Assembly (NCBI RefSeq): GCF_000015945.1
Contig: NC_009033.1
Location: 30,001-62,000, forward strand
Length of the DNA stretch: 32,000 nucleotides
Source: Staphylothermus marinus F1
GTDB lineage: Archaea; Thermoproteota; Thermoprotei_A; Sulfolobales; Desulfurococcaceae
Direction: 5' to 3'
The position numbers and the translations under genes are program-made. Under the pieces are notes generated by a model. It was given only the letters and a program-made list of their open reading frames with translations. It ran no database searches and was not told the origin of the DNA. This document shows, in pieces, positions 1 through 6,642 of this stretch. How positions within the stretch are numbered: the stretch's first letter is position 1; each line of letters begins with the position of its first letter.

Positions 1-1
1 G

Positions 2-139
2 TGTTCCTTCGAAGAAATATATTGGCTTATACTCCTTCGTCAACAATATATGGTTCACGTCTTCGAGAGCATATCTTATATCCCAATGAGTCGGAGCTTC
101 CTGTAAAACGATTATTTTCCTACCTATCCTTGCAATCAC
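2..139 (-). CDS. Probable 5' end of a leftward gene that runs off the window (partial, product unknown)
   Basis: The minus-strand frame is open from 214 to the window edge. GTG at 139-137 is preceded by GGAAGGTGG (154-146), Shine-Dalgarno-like with a 6-nt spacer. The translation VIARIGRKIIVLQEAPTHWDIRYALEDVNHILLTKEYKPIYFFEGT looks more protein-like than the plus-strand ORF 1..189. Confidence 0.35.
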   Translation of the reverse strand, partial: MIARIGRKIIVLQEAPTHWDIRYALEDVNHILLTKEYKPIYFFEGT

Positions 140-312
140 AAGATGCCACCTTCCATTTTCTATTGAAATATAATCATATAAAGGTATAATATAGTATCTT
201 GTTTGCCTTAACTCTCAACACTAGATTGTAGGGACATATAGGATATATTTATTAATATATGTTTAACGGTGATTAGATATTGACTATCGAAATAATATGG
301 TGGCGATATGTA

Positions 313-837
313 TTGTCGTTTAATCTAATGATAACACATGAGCCGGGGCTTGAGAATTATCGATACGTATTATCTATTTTGAGAAGTATTATAGGGAACT
401 ATAGAGTTGTGGATGCGGGGACCTCGGTCATATTATTACAAGTCGATGATCCATATAAAGCTGTAGAGGAGTTAAGGAAGAAAAAAGAAGAACTAAGTAT
501 AATATATCGTGCTATACCAATCGATGTAATTGTTGATCCATATGTTGAAATTGTTGCCGAGAAATCAGCCGAGCTAGCCGAGAAAAAGATCCCAGAAGAT
601 AAAACGTATCGGATAAGTCTAAGAGGCAGACTCTACTGGCAAGAGACCCGTATGCCTGCTCACTCTCTAGACGCTATAAAAGTAATTGCTGAAAAAATTA
701 ATAGGCAAGTATCGTTGACTCATCCAGATTACGTAGTCTATATTCGCAGTGTTAGATTATATCATAGAAAAAGAGTTGCAACAATAACTGTTACAACACC
801 AGATAATATTTTGTCTCTAAAGTCTAATCGCCCTTAA
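313..837 (+). CDS. THUMP-domain RNA-binding protein (small archaeal COG1818-like)
   Basis: ORF 280..837. The N-terminus FNLMITHEPGLE and the C-terminal pattern SLTHPDYVVYIRSV...VATITV resemble stand-alone THUMP proteins. The start is uncertain: TTG 313 (after GGTGG), ATG 328 or TTG 280. Confidence 0.55.
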   Translation: MSFNLMITHEPGLENYRYVLSILRSIIGNYRVVDAGTSVILLQVDDPYKAVEELRKKKEELSIIYRAIPIDVIVDPYVEIVAEKSAELAEKKIPEDKTYRISLRGRLYWQETRMPAHSLDAIKVIAEKINRQVSLTHPDYVVYIRSVRLYHRKRVATITVTTPDNILSLKSNRP

Positions 838-1212
838 ATAATCGTCGTTTCTAACCAACTGGCTCAACACATCACTTACAACTCTCTGAGGATCAACTAG
901 TAACAATAGTTCTCCCAGCGCCATTTTAACAGCTAATTTTATATCCTCCGGATCCTTTAGCTTCTCTTTTATTCCTCTCTCCTTATTCACATAGTATGGT
1001 ATTCCATCTTCTATTATAACTCCCTCCTCTACATCGTAGATCATATTGTTTTTCTCTTCGAAAAATCCTACAACATATAGTTTTCTAGGTTGTAACTTGC
1101 ATAAGTTAATTATTAGGTCTGCATAGAAACTTAGGTATTCATCTTCCAGTTCCTTTCTTTTTATTCTTAGTTTCTTAGCTTCTGAACTGTATTTTCTCAG
1201 AAACAATTTCAA
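817..1212 (-). CDS. Hypothetical protein, 131 aa, charged and cytosolic-looking
   Basis: ORF with balanced composition. GAAGGAG lies immediately upstream of the TTG start; the alternative TTG at 1206 has better spacing. It overlaps the convergent upstream gene by 21 nt. I recognise no family. Confidence 0.5.
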   Translation of the reverse strand: MKLFLRKYSSEAKKLRIKRKELEDEYLSFYADLIINLCKLQPRKLYVVGFFEEKNNMIYDVEEGVIIEDGIPYYVNKERGIKEKLKDPEDIKLAVKMALGELLLLVDPQRVVSDVLSQLVRNDDYLRAIRL

Positions 1213-1391
1213 CTCCTTCTATCTGAGTATTAATATTTACATTTGTTTTTAATATTTTCAATAATTTTATATTTTTTGCTAATAGTTACTTATACAATAT
1301 TTTTTGATTAATAGATTAATTATTGATCCCGGAAATTAAAACAAAAAATCATGGAATCTGGTTATGATTCTAAACTGGATCTGATCTACTA

Positions 1392-2003
1392 TTAGATTTT
1401 CCCTATTGGGAACACATATAGGACTAGATATTTATTGTTTAGTCCAATTATAGTCTTGATTTGCTCATCATTAAATGCTCCTACAGCAACTGTTCCCAGC
1501 CCTAGATTTGTGGCGGCCAAGTATATGTTTTGACCAATATGTCCTGCCTCCATATAAATGTATCTAAACCCTCTCCTACCATACCACGAGGTTGTTCTTT
1601 CATAAACAGCTGTTATAACAATATTTATCGGTGCCTCTAATACCCATTTCTGATTTAAACATGCATAATATAGTTTCCTATTTTGATCACCACTACGGAT
1701 TAATATAATACTATGGGTTAATGGATCATAATAATAGATTCCAGGCTCTAAACCTATTACGCCATTTTCTCTAACAAATACAAAGATCTCCATTGGATAA
1801 GTTGCACCAGCCGAAGGAACGGTTCTCCTTCTACAATCTTCATCTATACATCCATAAGAGCTCCATAAAACCGTTGATAGCTCATTTAACGCTAATGGTT
1901 CTTTTCGGTATTTTCGATGGCTTTTCCTCTCGGATATAATCTTTAATAAACAAGTCTCGAATGATGGTTCAGGTAGTTTTATCTTAGGCTTAGGCATTTT
2001 CAT
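1392..2003 (-). CDS. SagB-type dehydrogenase / nitroreductase-superfamily protein
   Basis: It carries RKSHRKY near the N-terminus, PSAGATYPMEIFVFV and YYYDP, then a C-terminal nitroreductase-like GHIGQNIYLAATNLGLG. These are typical of the SagB/ThcOx subgroup. The second ATG at 1997 has better GAGGG spacing. Confidence 0.7.
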   Translation of the reverse strand: MKMPKPKIKLPEPSFETCLLKIISERKSHRKYRKEPLALNELSTVLWSSYGCIDEDCRRRTVPSAGATYPMEIFVFVRENGVIGLEPGIYYYDPLTHSIILIRSGDQNRKLYYACLNQKWVLEAPINIVITAVYERTTSWYGRRGFRYIYMEAGHIGQNIYLAATNLGLGTVAVGAFNDEQIKTIIGLNNKYLVLYVFPIGKI

Positions 2004-2051
2004 CCCTCATCAATTGTTATATTTATATTCTCATACTTATATAGAGCAAGA

Positions 2052-2726
2052 ATGAGGGAAACAGTATTGCTCAGAGACATATTGCCTGAACAAATTATTA
2101 TTTTGCTAAACGAACTAGTGGATAAACTAAGTGATTTGACTAGTTCCTTCCTAGATGCTATTAAGTTATTAAATGAGATGAGAATTGGCGAGGCACGCAA
2201 AAAATTAAGGGATACAATGAAAATTGAGAGTGAAGCAGACATTGTTAGGAAGAAAATAATTGATTTACTCGAAGAATCCAGAATAGATCCAGGGTTCAAA
2301 GAGGACTTCTTTCATCTCATTAAACGAATAGATTCTGTTGCAGACTGGATCAAGGAAGCCGCCCGCGAACTAATAATCATACCGTACCTCGAGATTCCAC
2401 AACCAATCAGGGAAGGTATAGAGAAACTTATAGATAAAGTTGTTAAATTGGCTGAGAAGGTGAACAAGGCAATAAAAAGTGCAATGAGTGGAGAATATGA
2501 AGAAGCAGTAAGGTTGATAAATGATATAGAGAGGTTAGAAGAAGAAGCTGACCAAGTAAATCTAGAGAATCGAGGAAAACTCCTCGAATATTCTGAACAA
2601 CTTAAACCGTTTACATTAGCATTACTTATTCATGATCTAAACCAAGATCTCGAGGAAGCAGCGGATTCATGTGAAGATGTAGGAGATTATTTGCGAGCAC
2701 TAATAGCGAGTTGGAAGAAAATATAA
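2052..2726 (+). CDS. DUF47 / PhoU-like helical protein (TIGR00153-type, putative phosphate-transport regulator relative)
   Basis: 224-aa all-helical acidic protein with two repeated halves. Each half contains an E..AD motif (IESEADIVRKKI and LEEEADQVN), as in COG1392 proteins. Confidence 0.55.
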   Translation: MRETVLLRDILPEQIIILLNELVDKLSDLTSSFLDAIKLLNEMRIGEARKKLRDTMKIESEADIVRKKIIDLLEESRIDPGFKEDFFHLIKRIDSVADWIKEAARELIIIPYLEIPQPIREGIEKLIDKVVKLAEKVNKAIKSAMSGEYEEAVRLINDIERLEEEADQVNLENRGKLLEYSEQLKPFTLALLIHDLNQDLEEAADSCEDVGDYLRALIASWKKI

Positions 2727-2835
2727 TTGTCACGTCATAATTAATTCATTTATTTATTTTAGTTTAATACATATATTTATTAGATCTATGAATACATTAT
2801 TGTAGATATAGAAGTCGTATTGTGCCTTAATAACT

Positions 2836-2863
2836 CCATAACTTATAAACCATAACTTATAAA
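2836..2863 (+). repeat. Perfect tandem duplication of the 14-mer CCATAACTTATAAA (each unit carries a TTATAAA TATA-like core)
   Basis: Read directly: 2836-2849 equals 2850-2863. It lies 55-82 nt upstream of the ATG at 2918. An 11-nt copy, CCATAACTTAT, recurs at 5730-5740. Confidence 0.9.
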
Positions 2864-2917
2864 AATACTTTCTAATAAAGAAGAAAAATTAAAAGAAAAA
2901 CGTTAGGAGGACGGAAA

Positions 2918-3634
2918 ATGATGAAGCTAAAAATAAGAGATCTATCGATAATATTATCATTTTCAGCATTGGTTCTAGTATTATCAGTGATACCTGCTTT
3001 TCCAATAATAGGATTTAGTGGGGCAATCACGCTCGGCGCATTATCAGGAACTATCATAGGATTGTTTCTTAATCCCTTCCATGGATTACTAGTTGTAATT
3101 ATTTCGTTAATACTTACTCCACTAGTGAATCCAAGCATAGTTGGTTTGTTGGGGTACTTTTATTTCCTCCCGCTGATCTTATCATGGATTGTATCGTTGA
3201 CATTCAGAAAATATTCCCCACTATTATCATTAGCAATACTATATACAGGATTGCTAGGATTTGCACTAGCACATATATTCTTTATAGACAAGTACATTGA
3301 ATACCTATACTATGACGGGGTAGTTCCGATAGCTTATCTTGTAATATATTATTTGTTTAAACAAAAAGTTCCCATGCTTAAAGAACTAGGAGCTATTATA
3401 TATGGTGTATTAGCTGACCATGTAGGAGGCAGTCTTGGATTCTCAATAATGTATCTCTATATAGTTAAAGAAATAGATAACTTGTTCTCAGACATTAATA
3501 TATATAATTTCTGGATAAGTATATGGAAAAGTGTAGCATATATTTATCCCGTTGAAAGAACGATACTGATATTGATAGGTGGAATAATATTATTACCAGT
3601 ATTGAAACCGTGGAGAAAATTCTATCAATCATAA
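2918..3634 (+). CDS. Polytopic membrane protein, putative ECF-transporter S (substrate-capture) component, substrate unknown
   Basis: GGAGG at 2905-2909 precedes ATG 2918. The N-terminus KIRDLSIILSFSALVLVLSV is typical of S components. It has about 6 hydrophobic helices and sits directly upstream of a double ABC ATPase and a small membrane protein. Confidence 0.45.
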   Translation: MMKLKIRDLSIILSFSALVLVLSVIPAFPIIGFSGAITLGALSGTIIGLFLNPFHGLLVVIISLILTPLVNPSIVGLLGYFYFLPLILSWIVSLTFRKYSPLLSLAILYTGLLGFALAHIFFIDKYIEYLYYDGVVPIAYLVIYYLFKQKVPMLKELGAIIYGVLADHVGGSLGFSIMYLYIVKEIDNLFSDINIYNFWISIWKSVAYIYPVERTILILIGGIILLPVLKPWRKFYQS

Positions 3635-3662
3635 CAGCTAGTCATAAATTGGATGATTAAGA

Positions 3663-4871
3663 ATGGCAAATATACTAATTAATAATGTTAGAATAAAATT
3701 AGATGAACAAATTATAATACCTGAAAACTTAGAGGTTCATGAACCTTCTCAAAACTTGTACGTGGGGAAAACTGGAGCAGGTAAGACTATTCTTTTAAAA
3801 ACTCTTTCAGGCATAGCCCCTGATCTTTACAATATAGTAATTGAGGGAGAAATAGTTGTAGATGGAAAAAACTATTACATCCCACAAGAACCATGGATCA
3901 TTAATGTTGGAAAAACGGGAATTGAGGAATTAATTTATACAATTTACTATACTAATAAGAAGAATACATCATTGTTTAAACAATTAGATCAGCACAAATA
4001 TATGTTAACAAAAAGGATCTCCGATATGAGCTACGGTGAAAGAAGAGTGTTAGAAATTTTGAAGACAATCATTTACGATCCAGACATAGTCTTTTTCGAC
4101 GAGCCCTTTGAAGCTCTTGACCCTCGAAACAAAGTAATGGTTTCCGAATTATTAAAGGAGCTAGTTAGTCATGGAAAAATAATTATTGCTACGGCGAAGA
4201 CTAGATTAGATGGATGGAAAACATATAGAATCAATTCCATAAAGAAGCGCCAAATAAATATAGATGACCTCGAACAAATTGATCCACAAAGCTCTGGGAG
4301 AGGAAAAATAACTATTAAAAACGCATATATAAGAAGAGGTAAAAGAAAAATATATATTCCCCAAATAGATCTAAGGCCTGGAGGCTCAATAACAATTATC
4401 GGTTCGAATGGTGCAGGAAAAACATCGATACTATTGGGTATTAGCGGGGTTTTAAAAATACATGGTTACCATGAAATAAAAGGCAATATAGGCTTTGTCC
4501 CAGATGATGTATCGATGATTTTCTCATGGAGCGATACAGAAACTGTAATAAAAGAACTTTGCAGTAGCAACGATGATTGTTATAGGAGTTCTATAAGAAT
4601 TCTCAAGAACCTAGGAATTAAAATAGAGGATAGATTCTTCTATGAACATAGTGATGGAGAAAAAAGACTAATAATACTAATTCCTCAACTGATGAAGAAT
4701 CCTGACATATTATTAATTGATGGAGGACTTGAATACATAGATTATGAGAAGGCAAAAGTTGTAGAAGAACTCATATATAAATTTCTAAATAGCGGAGGCA
4801 TTGTAGTATCTACTCTGCCGAGTGGTGAAGAACTCCATGTTATTGAAGGGTTACATTTATCTACTCCTTAG
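3663..4871 (+). CDS. Duplicated (two-domain) ABC ATPase, highly divergent ECF-A-like
   Basis: It has two Walker A motifs (GKTGAGKT, GSNGAGKT) and two degenerate signature motifs (MSYGERR, HSDGEKR). Walker B is IVFFDEP in domain 1 but ILLIDGG in domain 2, which lacks the catalytic Glu. I found no H-loop His in either half. Confidence 0.75.
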   Translation: MANILINNVRIKLDEQIIIPENLEVHEPSQNLYVGKTGAGKTILLKTLSGIAPDLYNIVIEGEIVVDGKNYYIPQEPWIINVGKTGIEELIYTIYYTNKKNTSLFKQLDQHKYMLTKRISDMSYGERRVLEILKTIIYDPDIVFFDEPFEALDPRNKVMVSELLKELVSHGKIIIATAKTRLDGWKTYRINSIKKRQINIDDLEQIDPQSSGRGKITIKNAYIRRGKRKIYIPQIDLRPGGSITIIGSNGAGKTSILLGISGVLKIHGYHEIKGNIGFVPDDVSMIFSWSDTETVIKELCSSNDDCYRSSIRILKNLGIKIEDRFFYEHSDGEKRLIILIPQLMKNPDILLIDGGLEYIDYEKAKVVEELIYKFLNSGGIVVSTLPSGEELHVIEGLHLSTP

Positions 4872-5373
4872 ACTGGCTGTCATAATTAGTTTTCTTTATT
4901 TGTATTTCACAAATATGTTGTTTCCCGAATTACTGCCTATAGTGATCTTTTTTGGTTCATACATTATTTATAAAATTAGGGGTTTTCAATCAATGTTTTC
5001 TTATTTGATCGGTTTAATGATTATTTCTATAATCATATTAGTAACGAGCAATATCTACGGTGTTCAATTATATAATTTATTCAGCTATCTATATATCTAC
5101 TCATTCGTGATCCCTGTTGCAATAACGATTACCCTTGCTGAAATTTTAGTATTTATTAAAATTGATAAGCTGAGATTTATATTGTATCTATTAGTTGTTC
5201 TAAGAATATATTCATTATTATTAGAACGATTCTGGAGAACAATAGAGTTTTACCGAGTATACTATAATGGAAAATTCCTGATCTATAGATATGCATTAAG
5301 AAGCTTACTGGGTTCATTGCCTTATATTATTAGAAGTATTGCCGAATACTTATACATAAATGTTAAGAGATAA
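4837..5373 (+). CDS. Small polytopic membrane protein, possibly a divergent ECF T component
   Basis: Very hydrophobic ORF overlapping the end of the ATPase gene. An Arg-rich cytoplasmic stretch, LVVLRIYSLLLERFWRTIEFYR, could correspond to EcfT coupling helices. The assignment rests on context only. Confidence 0.4.
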   Translation: MLLKGYIYLLLRLAVIISFLYLYFTNMLFPELLPIVIFFGSYIIYKIRGFQSMFSYLIGLMIISIIILVTSNIYGVQLYNLFSYLYIYSFVIPVAITITLAEILVFIKIDKLRFILYLLVVLRIYSLLLERFWRTIEFYRVYYNGKFLIYRYALRSLLGSLPYIIRSIAEYLYINVKR

Positions 5374-5719
5374 GTTGTTCACTTATATCAATTATGTATT
5401 TAGGATCTACTTTTTCACCTATTATTCTAACGCCTTCTATTTCTAATAGTTTTTTCTTAACATTTTTACCGCCTACACTATAGCCTCTGATCGATCCATC
5501 CGAGCTTATTACTCTATGGCATGGAATTATTATTGGTTTCTTATTTTTCTTCAATGCTATTCCAACTAATCTCGGATGGACACCTAAAACTTTAGCAATT
5601 GATTTATAAGTTGTAACTTTTCCTATGGGGATCAACATTGTCAATATATAAATTGCTTCATATAGTTCTTTTTTATCTGCTTTGCGAAGAAATCCCTTAT
5701 TTGGCTCTAAGACAAGCAA
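5363..5719 (-). CDS. ogt: Short methylated-DNA-protein-cysteine methyltransferase family protein (MGMT C-terminal domain only)
   Basis: It has the active-site motif IIPCHRVI and a helix-turn-helix segment IPIGKVTTYKSIAKVLG. At 118 aa it has no N-terminal domain. The in-frame start is TTG. Confidence 0.75.
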   Translation of the reverse strand: MLVLEPNKGFLRKADKKELYEAIYILTMLIPIGKVTTYKSIAKVLGVHPRLVGIALKKNKKPIIIPCHRVISSDGSIRGYSVGGKNVKKKLLEIEGVRIIGEKVDPKYIIDISEQLIS

Positions 5720-5843
5720 TCATACCCACCCATAACTTATTCTTTCATGCAACGTAATCGTATATAGTTTCTTAATAGATTATTGATGAGAAACTATTAC
5801 GTCCCAGTTACTATATTTTAAGAATAGAGTGTTTCAATTAGTA

Positions 5844-5856
5844 ATAACCTGGTTAT
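5844..5856. promoter_or_regulatory. Candidate operator in the rubrerythrin promoter: palindrome ATAACC-T-GGTTAT flanked by two direct GTTTCAAT boxes
   Basis: The palindrome is at 5844-5856. GTTTCAAT occurs at 5831-5838 and 5872-5879, bracketing the AT-rich TATA-like stretch 5859-5871. The rbr ATG is at 5911. Confidence 0.25.
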
Positions 5857-5910
5857 CAATAATTATATTATGTTTCAATGAGAAAATATTAATAGCTAAG
5901 GTGGTGTTTT

Positions 5911-6471
5911 ATGGTAGCTCCTAGGCCCATGACTAGAGATGCGTTAATGTCAGCTTTTGGCGGGGAATCTATGGCGCATATGAGGTATTCAATATTTGCA
6001 GACATTGCTGAAAAAGAGGGTTTTCCCAATGTAGCCCGTTTATTCAGAGCGATAGCGTTTGCTGAAAAAGTTCATGCAAGAAATCATTATCAGAGACTTG
6101 GAGAACTAGATACTGATGCTAAAGTTGTTGCTGGAGCTCCGTTTGGTCCAGGAAATACATCTAAGAATTTAAGCCTAGCTATTCGCGGAGAAGAATTCGA
6201 AATAAATGAAATGTATCCAACATATATTAAAATAGCAGAGTCTCAAGGAGAAACACAAGCAGTCATAAGTTTTAAATGGGCTCTCGAAGCAGAAAAGATA
6301 CATGCAGAATTGTATAAGAAAGCTAAGGAATATGTTGATAAGGGAGAGGATATGCCGATAGATGGTTATATATGGATTTGTCCAGTTTGCGGCTTTACAT
6401 ATGTAGGTAAGGAGCCTCCACCTAAATGTCCAATATGTGGTGCACTAGGAGAAAAATTTGTTAAATTCTAA
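5911..6471 (+). CDS. rbr: Rubrerythrin
   Basis: A ferritin-like diiron four-helix region (ESMAHMRY, AEKVHARNH, EEFEINEMYP, EAEKIHAELY) is followed by a C-terminal rubredoxin-like CPVCG...CPICG. AAGGTGGTG lies upstream of the ATG. Confidence 0.9.
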   Translation: MVAPRPMTRDALMSAFGGESMAHMRYSIFADIAEKEGFPNVARLFRAIAFAEKVHARNHYQRLGELDTDAKVVAGAPFGPGNTSKNLSLAIRGEEFEINEMYPTYIKIAESQGETQAVISFKWALEAEKIHAELYKKAKEYVDKGEDMPIDGYIWICPVCGFTYVGKEPPPKCPICGALGEKFVKF

Positions 6472-6642
6472 ACATCTATTTACTAATTTTTTACTATATT
6501 GTTGAATCATATATTATAAATGATCTTCAGGCTTCATTTACCAATTGATCTATTTTATTTGATCAATGCTAGTTAGTAAAAGTTTTAATTATATTAGTTA
6601 ATCTTATTCTTGGTGGTAAAGAGTTCATGGAGGGTGTTGAGA

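Noticed and set aside
1-189. Plus-strand ORF of 62 aa at the window edge
   Set aside because: Its composition is poor and it has no ribosome-binding site. The opposite strand carries a better partial ORF with a Shine-Dalgarno-like site (see the feature at 2..139).
1331-1350. 13-nt identity ATTAAAACAAAAA between 1335-1347 and 17461-17473
   Set aside because: It is a low-complexity A-rich string in an AT-rich genome, and the flanks are dissimilar. Chance is the most economical explanation.
6544-6567. Inverted repeat ATTGATC-N10-GATCAAT downstream of rbr
   Set aside because: It is short and AT-rich and lies about 70 nt past the stop codon, with no adjacent T-run. It could be a weak terminator or operator, but the evidence is too thin to call.
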